Origin: Candidatus Bathyarchaeia archaeon | GTDB lineage: Archaea > Thermoproteota > Bathyarchaeia > Bathyarchaeales > Bathycorpusculaceae | Assembly: GCA_050010755.1 (NCBI GenBank) | Contig: JBEKKK010000001.1 | Coordinates: forward strand, 1,344,001 to 1,408,000 | Length of the DNA: 64,000 nt | Direction: 5' to 3' | Part shown: positions 28,414-38,525 of the stretch, piece after piece | How positions within the stretch are numbered: position 1 is the stretch's first letter | Layout of the letters: the number at the start of each line of letters is the position of its first letter | Notes under the pieces: model-generated | Databases searched by the model: none | What the model was told of the DNA's origin: nothing | The model's input: the letters and a program-made list of their open reading frames with translations, nothing else | Program-made: the position numbers and the translations under genes

Positions 28414-28559
28414 CCCGCATGCCTGCTATTCATAGCTTCGCGCGCGGGAACTTAAGGTAAAGCTTAATCTTGCACACATGGTTAATGATAATCTCCAAAC
28501 CTAAATGCCAAAAAAGATGTACTTGAGAAGACGCTAAAGGAAACCACAGGAAGTTAGAT

Positions 28560-28841
28560 ATGTCCAAGAAGAGGCAATCTAGAGCCGCAGATAACGCCGC
28601 TGAAGTAAAGGAATTCCTTGAAGTAACCCAATTTTCATCAGTTTTTACTAATATGAATTGTGTCGCCTCCAGACAGAGACACTACTACTGCGAACACTGC
28701 AAAGCCTATGTCTCAAATATTGACGCTGATGAGAAATTTGAATTAGTTGCCTCATTCATAACACGAACTATCACGGAAGTTGTTACTGCCAAACACAAAA
28801 AGTGTGGACAATTATTAACAGAAAAATTCTGGGAAGGATGA
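28560..28841 (+). CDS. Hypothetical protein with CxxC and HxxC
   Basis: YYCEHC...HKKCG. Confidence 0.5.
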   Translation: MSKKRQSRAADNAAEVKEFLEVTQFSSVFTNMNCVASRQRHYYCEHCKAYVSNIDADEKFELVASFITRTITEVVTAKHKKCGQLLTEKFWEG

Positions 28842-29324
28842 ACTAAACGCGCTATCACAACACAATTCTAGCGAAATTGATGGTTTCCTCAGCAATGAAA
28901 CTATCCTTTATTGAAATGGCTTGATCAAGCTACGACACTCGCAATTCGCTTTATCGGGCACCTTCGCGTTAGGTTGGCTGGGTTGAGCGTGCGTGTGCCG
29001 TTGACTTTTTTCGTTTCTCAGTCCAGACAATGCTCCAACCTACAAACCATTCCAATATTTTGAATGCCCGCACGTACAAATTGCCCAGCGGTTTCCTCAA
29101 TTGGCTTGCCCAAACATTGCTAGTGACTAAATGTTCTCTTACGCCTTTTTGTTAAGTCCAGTTCAGTAAATAGTCAAATGTTTTTCGCATAATCACAGGG
29201 GGGGTTGTTTTGTTTTGCTTCTGTTTTTCTTGCATTCCTGGGATGCGTGCAAGAGAGCGCTCTCCCTTTCACTGCGCGTGTGTGGAAATCGATATGAGCC
29301 CAAATTTACGTTATCCACGGCTGT

Positions 29325-30026
29325 TCATACGGTTTCAGAAAGTATCCTCTTTAGAATCGTCAATCCATGTCTCAGCTTTAGCTTTTTCTCGCCCAATCTT
29401 TTTCTATATCGGATTGGAACTTCAACGATGTCGTAACCCTTCTTCTCGACGTAATGGTTCAGCTCGGCTTCAACATCGAAGCCTTTTGATCTCGGCTTCC
29501 AATCTTTCATGATATCCCACCTCACAAGGCGCAGACCAGTTAGCGGATCTTCCAGGTGGACCCCGTTCAACAGGTTGTGAGCGAAGGCCAACAATCTGTT
29601 TCCAACATAAAACATGTTATGCATTGATTCGAAATCGAGACTTCCAGCGAACCTGTTCCCACAGACCATGCCCGTCTGCGGATTCTCCTCAAGTATTCTA
29701 ACCATCTTGAGCAAATGTTCCGCTGGGTAAGTATAGTCCGCGTCGATGAACACCACATATCTAGCATCAATTAGCTGCGCATGAGCTATTGCGGTTGCGA
29801 TCGCATCGCCTTTACCTGAACCTTTCTGTGTTAAAACTACAGCTCCCATGCTCTCGGCGATCTTCGTCGTACAATCCGTACTCCGTCCATCGACAACCAA
29901 GCAAAAGGGCTTATCCAAACAAGTCTTGATCTCGGCAAGCGTCGGGCCCACTCCTCTCTCTTCGTTCAGAGCGGCGACTATCACCAATATTGACGGTAAA
30001 CCACGTGTTTTCTGAATCATGAACAA
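29325..30026 (-). CDS. Glycosyltransferase family 2 (Dol-P-sugar synthase-like)
   Basis: ALNEE, VVDG.STD.T, GKG.A, DAD.TYP, GF.VE.E, R.GEKKL. Confidence 0.93.
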   Translation of the reverse strand: MFMIQKTRGLPSILVIVAALNEERGVGPTLAEIKTCLDKPFCLVVDGRSTDCTTKIAESMGAVVLTQKGSGKGDAIATAIAHAQLIDARYVVFIDADYTYPAEHLLKMVRILEENPQTGMVCGNRFAGSLDFESMHNMFYVGNRLLAFAHNLLNGVHLEDPLTGLRLVRWDIMKDWKPRSKGFDVEAELNHYVEKKGYDIVEVPIRYRKRLGEKKLKLRHGLTILKRILSETV

Positions 30027-30280
30027 GACATCTCAGGCGCGCGAGGTGCCTCATCATCATCGCGCTTTGCTGTGTTCTTATTGAAGCTACCGCAGCGCTT
30101 GCCCTTAGATTCTAGATCAGGGCACTGCGATCTTCAATCATTCTCCGCTATTTGCTCTCCATCCCTTCTGATTTAAAGCAGCAAGAACCATCAGGTTAGA
30201 ACCTGCTCGTTCTTAACACTTTAAATAGGCATGAGGGCAGCAAAGATTTTTGCACGTTCCGATGTTAGTGCCGACGCCTG

Positions 30281-30598
30281 CTAGAATCGTGATATCAACG
30301 ATCCAGCCTCTTTCTTGCGGCGGATCTTTCCCATGTTCACGAAGTTTGCCAGAAAATCCCTCCCCTGATCTGTCGTCGTGTAAACAATCCTCATCTCGTT
30401 CACGTTTCCTCCCCCGTACACGACGCTCAGGGAGATGTACCGCATGCCGAGAAGCATGCTCACATACTTGCTCAGCCGCGTGAAATTCAAATTCGCTCTG
30501 TAGACGACGCTAGTCTTCGCTGCCCCGTCCAGACAAGTTTCTAGGATATCGCAGATGATTTCGACCTGACTTCTTCGATGGGCAACCAACATTAACAC
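30281..30598 (-). CDS. Archaeal winged-helix protein (HTH_45-like)
   Basis: RRS.VEII.DIL...KT.VVYRANLNF...Y.TT..G..FL; start uncertain. Confidence 0.82.
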   Translation of the reverse strand: MLMLVAHRRSQVEIICDILETCLDGAAKTSVVYRANLNFTRLSKYVSMLLGMRYISLSVVYGGGNVNEMRIVYTTTDQGRDFLANFVNMGKIRRKKEAGSLISRF

Positions 30599-30706
30599 CA
30601 TTAAATCTGCCAAAAGTACATTAAACAAGAAGTGAAGCAAGAGCTATTAACAGTTTCGAAATGTTTAAATAAAAAAGAAACAGGCCCCCAGCAACGCAAT
30701 TGATTG

Positions 30707-31390
30707 CTAGATCCATTTGATGATGGGTTCATTCTTCTTCGGCCGCATCGCGCGAGCCTCAGGGACGTCCTTTGGATAGCCGAGCACGATGGGTCCGTAT
30801 ACTCGTTCACTATCCTTCAACTCGAGGGCTTGCACGACACCCGCATCGCCTGTGACCATTGAACCGAACCCCACATAGCAGCTTCCAAGACCAAGAGAGC
30901 AAGCGGCAAGCATGATGTTCTCGCAGGCTAACGCACAACTTAGAGCGTGTTCAGCCGGGCCAATCACAAAGAGAATGACAGGTGCAGAATAGTAAACCAT
31001 GTCTTTAGGTTCGTCCATTACCCCGCGGAGCCTCGTCACCTTCTCGTAATAGTCGGGGTGAGTCTCTTTGATTTCTTCATACATTCCATTCCATATAGGG
31101 AGCGTGGCCCGAACCAGTTTCTGTATAAACTCCGGGTCCTCGACAACGACAAACCGCCAAGGCTGAAAAAGAGCCTCCACACTTCCTTTTTCCTCCCTTC
31201 CCTGCGACGGCGCCAGATTGCCAGCCTCGATTATCGCATTAATGATACCCCTCGGAACTGGCTTTGGCATATAGGCCCTAACAGACTGCCTGTTCTTTAT
31301 GACTTCAATTACCGGATTCGTCACTACCTTATTGAGGTCTTCTGGCTCCAACTTTCTGTTCTTTCTTTCATCATCAACCATGTTTCTCAT
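30707..31390 (-). CDS. Nitroreductase family protein
   Basis: RQSVR.Y, APS, QPWRFVVV, ENIMLAA..LGLGSC. Confidence 0.92.
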   Translation of the reverse strand: MRNMVDDERKNRKLEPEDLNKVVTNPVIEVIKNRQSVRAYMPKPVPRGIINAIIEAGNLAPSQGREEKGSVEALFQPWRFVVVEDPEFIQKLVRATLPIWNGMYEEIKETHPDYYEKVTRLRGVMDEPKDMVYYSAPVILFVIGPAEHALSCALACENIMLAACSLGLGSCYVGFGSMVTGDAGVVQALELKDSERVYGPIVLGYPKDVPEARAMRPKKNEPIIKWI

Positions 31391-31812
31391 CTCCCAAATC
31401 TCTTCACAGCAGATTCAGATGAACTCTGTTCGAAACAGCCCACGTCGAACCCGAATCCGCACTGATCAGTTCGGTCAACCGACGACGAGTGGCTACCTTC
31501 TTTATTCTGGGAGAACTTGAACTTTGCCTCTGCCACAGAGACAGACATAATATTCTTCTCTTGAGCGACTTGCAAGTATCCAAACTTCACTCATTTCCAC
31601 CTTAAACCACTAGAGCAGTGGTCACGAGAGTTAAGGTGTTCTGTGCAATAGTGACCAGTCTAGCAGTCGGCCTGTCGACCAGCTCGTAGGTAGGGACGCG
31701 TCCGCAAGTCTACATTATTTCACTTTAACCTTGGTCTCTCCCCCCTTCAAGAATGCCGCATTGACAAACAACTTATACGGCTCAAAACTCGCCTTTCTCA
31801 TCGTGGCGCATC

Positions 31813-32127
31813 ATGCTTTCAACCCGCCTAACCCTGAAGAAACATTCGCCATCGACGCTTGAGGATACACTGTGCTCAAGGGTTCGGCTCAGAATACTGA
31901 AGCTGCTCATCAGCTCTCAGAAACTTACCCCAGCCCAGATCGCGGCCAAAGTAGGAGTTAACTATGTTGTGGTGCGCGCGCATCTCGAAGCTCTCGAAAA
32001 CGGCGACGTTCTCACGCATTCCAACTTCGGAAAGAGGATACGCTATTACAAGTTCAAAGAATCTGAGAGGGCAAAAGCCGTCAGGAACGTCATAGAAGCT
32101 TGGTGTCGCCCCGAGAACCCAGCCTAG
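31813..32127 (+). CDS. ArsR-type winged-helix protein
   Basis: S.VRLRILKLL...IA.KVG.NY...HL..LE...FGK.IRYY. Confidence 0.85.
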   Translation: MLSTRLTLKKHSPSTLEDTLCSRVRLRILKLLISSQKLTPAQIAAKVGVNYVVVRAHLEALENGDVLTHSNFGKRIRYYKFKESERAKAVRNVIEAWCRPENPA

Positions 32128-32386
32128 TTGCCAGCAAAGCCTTTTCTGAGACTCGTTCACTTGGCCGGCTCAACAAAACCTAATCGCACCTTTCGGACAT
32201 GCTGGAAAAAGAAAAAAAGAGGAATGTTAGCGAGTGGAACGTTACAATGCAACATTATAATTATCCTCACAAACAAACGGGAAAAGTCAGCCGTAAGCCT
32301 CGGTCAAGCCTGTTTTCAAAATGGTTTTTCACAAAACAACATTATGACTAACCTCACAACCGTAGAGCCGAGAGGCTTCGAAACGC

Positions 32387-32458
32387 AACATGGAAACCTT
32401 ACATTGCAACATTACAAAGCAACATTACATCTGATGTAAAGAAAAAAAAGGGAGGGGG
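32387..32458 (+). repeat. About 72-bp repeat (CATGGAAA...CAACATTACA x2...AAAGAAAAAAAGGGAGGGGG), copy 1
   Basis: Homologous to 32578-32647 and, inverted, to 63888-63959; partial copy near 32234-32260. Confidence 0.88.
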
Positions 32459-32577
32459 TCAACCGTTCACTGGCGAAATAATTCAGCACGAACTGAAGCC
32501 TAAACAAGCACAGATGGGCCGACATTAACGCGCATAATCTCGATTTTTAACCCGTTTTCTGGAACACTCTGCACGAT

Positions 32578-32647
32578 ACATGGAAATTTACGCTTACACA
32601 TTACAAAGCAACATTACAACAGACGTAAAGAAAAAAAGGGGAGGGGG
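32578..32647 (+). repeat. About 72-bp repeat, copy 2
   Basis: ACATGGAAA...CATTACAAAGCAACATTACA...GTAAAGAAAAAAAGGGGAGGGGG. Confidence 0.85.
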
Positions 32648-33058
32648 CGACTGCACAACTCACGCTTCTCCCCAATCGCTCGTCGCGACCCACAGCCTCA
32701 AAACCTTCAGAACTGTGCAGAACATCTTTGCCCGATTCATGAAACGGTCAATGCCTTCATGCATGATTCGTCACGTAGCTCGTCGCTGAGCAAAGCCTCG
32801 TAAACTCGTCATCATGGATAGGTCAGGAAAGGGTTCTGTTAGGCTTCGGGACTCCAGATCTGTTGGTCAACGGCGGTTTTTGAAAATGTAACAATGTTAC
32901 ACAATTCTTAAATAATATCAAATGATAAAAACCAATTTTGAAGGGAGAAGGGTAACTAGCAGACTCGCAGCGGCCTAACAACAGGCTTCTCACCCTTCAA
33001 GAGAGTTCATAAACGAACAGCAAACGAAAACCCCACGGAGGACAGAGGAGGTGACAAA

Positions 33059-33691
33059 ATGAAATTGAAGCTCAGTCGCAAATTATTGATCACACTCGTT
33101 CTTATCGGCACGTTAGGCGTACTGTTCGGATTGACAATGAACGCGTACGCACCCGCACCCCAACCGCTCTGCGCAATGAAAACTCTCATAGACGGAAACT
33201 TCTACGTACCCTACAGCCTGCAGCCAACAGGACTCAACATCGACCTAATATTCACGACGCCTCACCTCATCGGAGACCAAAGCGGAGGAGTATCCCCATA
33301 CAGCACAATACCGTACTGGCCTGACGGAACCATAAACCTGAAGGACATTGCAATCATCGCCAAAGCATTCGGCTCCACCCCAGGCTCACCGAACTGGAAC
33401 TACATGGCAGACATTGTGCCAGACGTAAACGCTTCCACGGGCCTCCCAACAGTAAACATGAACGACCTCGCCATAGCCGCCAGAGACTTCGGCAACATAG
33501 GCGTGTACACACCTTACTCGGCCCTGTACCCCCTCGTCAGAGTCGAGTTCAACAACACACTCCCCTACTACACACCCAACGCCACTGGATTCCTACCCAT
33601 CCCAACCATCTACCAATACCCAAACTACGCGAACTTCACAGTCAACTACCTCACAACCCGCCTAGGCGCACTCGTAACCTTCTGGCAATAA
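33059..33691 (+). CDS. Secreted dockerin-like-domain protein
   Basis: Signal peptide; DGTINLKDIAIIAKAFGS.PG.PNWN..AD...VNMNDL...ARDFG. Confidence 0.8.
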   Translation: MKLKLSRKLLITLVLIGTLGVLFGLTMNAYAPAPQPLCAMKTLIDGNFYVPYSLQPTGLNIDLIFTTPHLIGDQSGGVSPYSTIPYWPDGTINLKDIAIIAKAFGSTPGSPNWNYMADIVPDVNASTGLPTVNMNDLAIAARDFGNIGVYTPYSALYPLVRVEFNNTLPYYTPNATGFLPIPTIYQYPNYANFTVNYLTTRLGALVTFWQ

Positions 33692-33955
33692 CCACACCCC
33701 CATCACAACCCTCTTTTTTTGTTCCGAAACACAAACCACACGCCACGGCCAGCAAGTCCTCACTTCCTCAAACTCAAGAACAACATGAACCAAACCACAA
33801 CACCCTCAAAACTACCAATACTATTGATCCGAAACAAAGTTCAGTGCACAAAAAATGGGAGGGGGCTACCGACTCTTCCGTCGCGCCCCAAACATCTCTA
33901 CAGCATTTTCAACGTAGCCAAGGACGAAGTTGATAGACAAATGATCGATTGTATG

Positions 33956-35308
33956 CTACGTCGGTGAGGGTCGAGTTCCAAGCTTCACCGGGACGTTTAT
34001 TGTCTGGTTGCTTCGGACAACCGTGACGTTTATCGTTTGGCCTGGTTGAGTGAACTCTTCCATGTAGCTTGAGAGAGCATCCCCGTTCGCTATTTTCGTA
34101 CCGTTGAACGCTATTATTACGTCGCCTCCGATAGTATACGTGTTCCCGAGAACGTCGGTAAACTGCGTCGTGCCAGCTCTCAAGCCGGCCGTTGCCGCAG
34201 GTCCTCCACTCGTTACTTGTGAGACTAGCCAGCCGTAGGTCACACTTGTGCTCATCGCCTGCCCGAGCTCATAATCCATGTCGACTCCGCTTGCCCCCAG
34301 ATAGGGATGCTTGTTGTACGAACCCGTTGTGATGAGTGACGGAACCTCCCGCAGTATCGAGCTGGACGGAATCGCCAGACCGAGCCCCTGAGCCGCCACG
34401 CCCTCATAGGTGGCAGTGTAGGAGGTTATTCCAACAACCTCGCCCGCATAATTCAACAGCGGCCCCCCAGAGTTGCCAGGGTTTATCGGTGCCGAAGTCT
34501 GTATGCAATCAGAGATGGCGTAGGTGGTCCAGTCAACCGTAACCGATCTGTGCAAAGCACTGACTATGCCCGAAGTCATCGATCCAGTCAACCCAAGAGG
34601 ATTACCCACCGCGAAAACGGGATCGCCCACTTCCAGCGTAGACGAGCTCACGATCGTGAGAGGATGATACTCGCTCATGGGCGCGGTCGTTGACAGCGTG
34701 GCCAGATCCGAATAGAGATCCGTGCCCGTCACGTTGGCAGGATACGTGTTTCCATCTGTGAAGGTTACGGTAACGTTGACTGCATCTTGCACAACGTGGA
34801 AGTTTGTTACGATTGCAAACTGTCCCGTCAGGTTAGTGACGAACCCTGAGCCCTCCACTCCCTCGTAGATAGGGGTTCCGAAGAAACTGGATCCCAGCAC
34901 TATTCCTTGAACCATGACTATCGAATCATTGACCTGATAGTACAGCTGAGAAAGCGAAACATTTTCTCCCGAAAAGATAGTGACGTTACCGGCGGATGAG
35001 TTCTGGTTCGATTGAAGCTCCTGCTCCAGATCTGAAACTTGAGTCTGGAGACTGCTGATTTGGCTCGAATTTGACTGGAGGTCCTGTTTCAAGCCTGAAA
35101 CTTGACTCTGAAGGTTGTTGATTTGATCTGAAGTTGTAAAGTTGTTTATCGCGTAGCCGAGTACTCCGCCCAACAGCAAACACATGAGCGCTATCCCTAT
35201 CAGAATCGCCGTCAAACTACGCGTTTTTGGTTTTTCAGGTGGTGGTTGCATCATCATCAACTCCTGAGGCTTGTCCGCTTGGCGCGTGGGGAATTTTCGA
35301 CTCCGCAC
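33956..35308 (-). CDS. htrA: Membrane-anchored HtrA/DegP serine protease with PDZ domain
   Basis: GSGF, TNFHVV, SDLA, INPGNSGGPL, C-terminal PDZ; TM plus coiled coil. Confidence 0.95.
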   Translation of the reverse strand: MRSRKFPTRQADKPQELMMMQPPPEKPKTRSLTAILIGIALMCLLLGGVLGYAINNFTTSDQINNLQSQVSGLKQDLQSNSSQISSLQTQVSDLEQELQSNQNSSAGNVTIFSGENVSLSQLYYQVNDSIVMVQGIVLGSSFFGTPIYEGVEGSGFVTNLTGQFAIVTNFHVVQDAVNVTVTFTDGNTYPANVTGTDLYSDLATLSTTAPMSEYHPLTIVSSSTLEVGDPVFAVGNPLGLTGSMTSGIVSALHRSVTVDWTTYAISDCIQTSAPINPGNSGGPLLNYAGEVVGITSYTATYEGVAAQGLGLAIPSSSILREVPSLITTGSYNKHPYLGASGVDMDYELGQAMSTSVTYGWLVSQVTSGGPAATAGLRAGTTQFTDVLGNTYTIGGDVIIAFNGTKIANGDALSSYMEEFTQPGQTINVTVVRSNQTINVPVKLGTRPSPT

Positions 35309-35364
35309 TTAATCTCGTTTTCCATGCATGCCGTTGTTTCTTTCATTTTTTCACCTTTCAGTGG

Positions 35365-35459
35365 TTACTATGTGCTATAGTAGCGAACTTTATAAACGTT
35401 ACGACCGCCGATAGTAGCGTGTCTGCGAAACATTAAATAGCTACTACTGGCAATAGTAG
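35365..35459. promoter_or_regulatory. Three inverted-repeat operators YTACKA-N7-TAGTAG
   Basis: 35365-35383, 35399-35417 and 35441-35459, between the divergent htrA and blaI-like genes. Confidence 0.72.
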
Positions 35460-35463
35460 TGAA

Positions 35464-35925
35464 TTGACGACCATGCCTGACAACGATAAATCGAGGATTT
35501 CTCAATACAACCTCAGAGGGAAAGAAATAGAGGCTTTCCTGGGCCCATTAGAATCAAGCATAATTGGCGTCATATGGAACTCAGAAAGAAAACCTGTAAG
35601 AGTAAGAGAAGTCTACGAGAAACTCAAGAAGAAGAAGAACATCGCTTACACTACAGTCATGTCCACCATGGACAGACTCTACGACAAGAGTCTGCTTGAC
35701 AGGCGATTAGAAAAAGGAAAGGGCGGCCTCTTCTACGTTTATTGGCCCAGACTTGAGGAACAAAACTTCAAGAAATCCGCGGTGCGGGAAGTCATTAACA
35801 GCCTCGTCGAAAACTTTGGGGAAATCGTCACCAGCTACTTGATTGAAGAGGCGACTTCGGATGAGCAAGAGCTGAAAGCTCTAAAGGAGCAAGTCGAAAA
35901 CATCGCTAAAGAAAAACAGAAGTGA
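35464..35925 (+). CDS. BlaI/MecI/CopY family repressor
   Basis: LGPLE..I...IW...VREVYE...AYTTVMSTMDRLY.K.LL.R. Confidence 0.93.
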   Translation: MTTMPDNDKSRISQYNLRGKEIEAFLGPLESSIIGVIWNSERKPVRVREVYEKLKKKKNIAYTTVMSTMDRLYDKSLLDRRLEKGKGGLFYVYWPRLEEQNFKKSAVREVINSLVENFGEIVTSYLIEEATSDEQELKALKEQVENIAKEKQK

Positions 35926-37817
35926 ACGTAATGCTCCCAACGGGTCTGGACAACGTTCTGGCGCAGGTTTTTCAACCATACTTTTACTATTCCGTGATTC
36001 TTTTGGCAATATCGTTCATCTGCGTCAAAGCGTTCCTCCGGTACGATCACTCAGTTGGCAGAAGGACAAGAAGCGTCGCATACATTCTTCCGTTAGTGAT
36101 TCCCATTCTGGTATTCGCGGTCTTTCATCCAGCAACAACGGCAAGCATGGTGAACGGAAGCGGCGCTGCAGGAATTTTCATAATGTCATCAAACCTAGGC
36201 TCTGCAAACGCCTCGCCATTTCAGTCTCTCTTCGGCCAGCTGCAGAGCTTTCCGAGCGTTTCTCCTCCGCCGTCTATCGTGCTAGCATTTCTTCCGGGAG
36301 AAACTGAGATGCTCTCAGTGACGGGGATATTGTGTTTGATCGGGCTCGTCGTAGCTTCATGTTATTTCGTTCTGATGACAGTCTTTGATGACAAAATAGT
36401 TGCCAAGGTTTTCCACATTATCCCACTTAAGCAAGAAGAGTACGCTCAATTGCAAAGGAACGTTGATGAGTTATCACAAAAACTGACCATAAGACCTCCA
36501 ACAATAGGCATTATGGAAGACTTGAGACCGAACGCCTTCGTCGCAGGATATGGAAACAAAACGATGCTCGTCTTCTCAGTTGGAATGTTGAACGTCCTAG
36601 ATGAAAAGGAGTTGACGGCAGTAGCGGCACATGAACTTTCACACATTAAGAAACATGATTTCTTCTTCAAGACTTTTTCATACGCTTTGACGATGGTTTC
36701 GTTTTTCAACCCCATCGCGTTTTTTGCAGCGTCAGCTGCGCAAAGAGAAAGGGAGATGCTTGCAGACGAGGATGGCGCAAAACTGTTGGGCCAACCGGGA
36801 ATGCTGGCTAGGGCATTATCAAAAACATATAAAGCGCTACAAAGCTTTCCCAAGGAAGACCTCACGGTCCGTCTGACCTCGGGCCTGTTCTTGGTATCCC
36901 CGATTGCTCGAAGACCTGAAATACTCGCCACACACCCGAGAGTGAACCAAAGAATAGATAACATCGCAAGACTGACGACAAAAACCGCGAAAACAAGGCG
37001 AAACATGACAATCACAGTTGCCCTGTCTTTCCTGATACTTCTAGGAGGGTTGATGGCAGGTTATCCGATAGTAAAGATTCAAACGTCATTTGTGCAGGGT
37101 CAGCCGAGTTTAATTTCAGTAATGTCGAGTGAAGGCTCAAAACTCGAACTCATTCCCTGGGCAGAAACGATAAGGCTTCAATCTAACAAACTCGTTTCAC
37201 CCGTTGAATTTGTCGGCACGCGGCTTCCAGATTTTGTCGTTGGAGGAAAACAGCCAAACATGACAACTCTCCTCCTAAACGAATCGTACATCGCTGGTTC
37301 AGTGAGGGACTACATCAGCGTCAATGCATTAGGAACAGCTACCGAACTCGCAGAAAAGTATCTGCCTCGCACCGTTGAACAAGCAACCCCTAAAAAAGCT
37401 GACGCGAGTGAAAATGGGCTTACAGCCGTATATATAGTATCTTGGCAAGCAAGTGCAAAGCCAGACTACTCGGTGAATTCTGCTGAACCAAGTTTGGGCA
37501 ATTCAGAATCATACGGGTGCATCTTCTTTCAATCTCAAATATCGGCAACGTACACCTCTTTGTGGCTGTCCAAATCTCTGCCTAGGCCAGTGCAGAGAAC
37601 CGACTTTGCGGTCGGACCGATCAGCAATGAACCGACGGCATTTGGCAACGCCATAATCCTCATGCTCTATCTTCCTTCTTCACATTCGACGATGCAACAC
37701 GAACCCACGAACTTTTACATGGTCCTTTTGAGCTTCGCCGAACATAATAATCAACATGTTGCAGGCGCTGTTGTTTTGGCGGTGTTGCCAACTCCTGCCC
37801 AAGAAATGAATTCGTAA
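35922..37817 (+). CDS. Membrane zinc metalloprotease (M56/M48, BlaR1-like)
   Basis: TM segments, PNAF, AHELSH (HExxH), RE.LADE, THP..QRI; overlaps the blaI-like stop. Confidence 0.88.
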   Translation: MNVMLPTGLDNVLAQVFQPYFYYSVILLAISFICVKAFLRYDHSVGRRTRSVAYILPLVIPILVFAVFHPATTASMVNGSGAAGIFIMSSNLGSANASPFQSLFGQLQSFPSVSPPPSIVLAFLPGETEMLSVTGILCLIGLVVASCYFVLMTVFDDKIVAKVFHIIPLKQEEYAQLQRNVDELSQKLTIRPPTIGIMEDLRPNAFVAGYGNKTMLVFSVGMLNVLDEKELTAVAAHELSHIKKHDFFFKTFSYALTMVSFFNPIAFFAASAAQREREMLADEDGAKLLGQPGMLARALSKTYKALQSFPKEDLTVRLTSGLFLVSPIARRPEILATHPRVNQRIDNIARLTTKTAKTRRNMTITVALSFLILLGGLMAGYPIVKIQTSFVQGQPSLISVMSSEGSKLELIPWAETIRLQSNKLVSPVEFVGTRLPDFVVGGKQPNMTTLLLNESYIAGSVRDYISVNALGTATELAEKYLPRTVEQATPKKADASENGLTAVYIVSWQASAKPDYSVNSAEPSLGNSESYGCIFFQSQISATYTSLWLSKSLPRPVQRTDFAVGPISNEPTAFGNAIILMLYLPSSHSTMQHEPTNFYMVLLSFAEHNNQHVAGAVVLAVLPTPAQEMNS

Positions 37818-37994
37818 ACGCTGCGCATCGCTGCAAACTTTTTGCTTTCGCAGACGAGTTCCTATATTCCTTTGGATAGTGCTTTTTTTTCAACAACATA
37901 ACCAGGCGGGACAGAAAAGAAACAATTGACTAGTTTTGGGTATTGCGGAAAAGTTATAGCCAAATCATCTCTCAACCTGTCGTGGTGACGATGA

Positions 37995-38525
37995 TTGCTT
38001 GAAGGAAAGACGTTGAACTTGAGGATCATGGAGAAAGATGATTTGGGACTCCTTGTGAACTGGTCGAATAATCCAGATTTCATGGGTGAGTTTTGGGACT
38101 ATTTTCCACTGCAGAGGTCTAGGTTGGAGATAGAGGGAGTTATTGAATCCAATTTGTTTGAGGCCGAATATTTTATGATTGAGAAGAAGGATGGAACAAT
38201 AATCGGTTATGTGAATCACTTTAGCATGCTGCATCCGCTTGGGAAACTTTTGGAAATAGGTTACGTGGTAGCTCCGAATGAGAGGGGTAAAGGCTATTGC
38301 ACAGAGGCAGTCCGCCTCATACTTGATTATCTGTTTCTCTCAAGAAGTGTGCAGAGAATTCAAGCAAGCACGCACATAGATAACAGAGCTTCCCAAAGAG
38401 TCTTAGAAAAGGTTGGTTTCCAAAGAGAAGGCGTCATGAGAAAAGCTTTGTTCAACAAGGGAGCTTGGAAAGACGGAGTCCTCTATAGCATCCTCAGAGA
38501 AGAGTGGACAGAACCAAAAAACTGA
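37995..38525 (+). CDS. GNAT acetyltransferase (RimJ/RimL type)
   Basis: EIGY...RGKGY.TEA...N.AS.RVLEK.GF..EG. Confidence 0.93.
   Translation: MLEGKTLNLRIMEKDDLGLLVNWSNNPDFMGEFWDYFPLQRSRLEIEGVIESNLFEAEYFMIEKKDGTIIGYVNHFSMLHPLGKLLEIGYVVAPNERGKGYCTEAVRLILDYLFLSRSVQRIQASTHIDNRASQRVLEKVGFQREGVMRKALFNKGAWKDGVLYSILREEWTEPKN

Larger units (their letters stand above)
6144..30045. repeat. Dispersed intergenic CG-alternating motif (consensus TAGCGCGCGCTA), more than 30 copies
   Basis: Copies at 6661, 7686, 9435, 10252, 10956, 11084, 11826, 12131, 12229, 13108, 13551, 13695, 14651, 16052, 16611, 17137, 17186, 18811, 18866, 20010, 21201, 22378, 22695, 23134, 23332, 23404, 24047, 24249, 24886, 28240, 28439 and 30037. 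Confidence 0.9.

Noticed and set aside
6144-30045. Canonical integron (IntI plus attC array)
   Set aside because: No paired RYYYAAC/GTTRRRY cores at gene boundaries, genes are in mixed orientation, and the recombinase shows no obvious IntI-specific insertion.
32387-32647. Calling this region oriC
   Set aside because: The spacing between TGGAAA and the G-string does not match ORB and no orc1/cdc6 is adjacent; kept only as a hypothesis.
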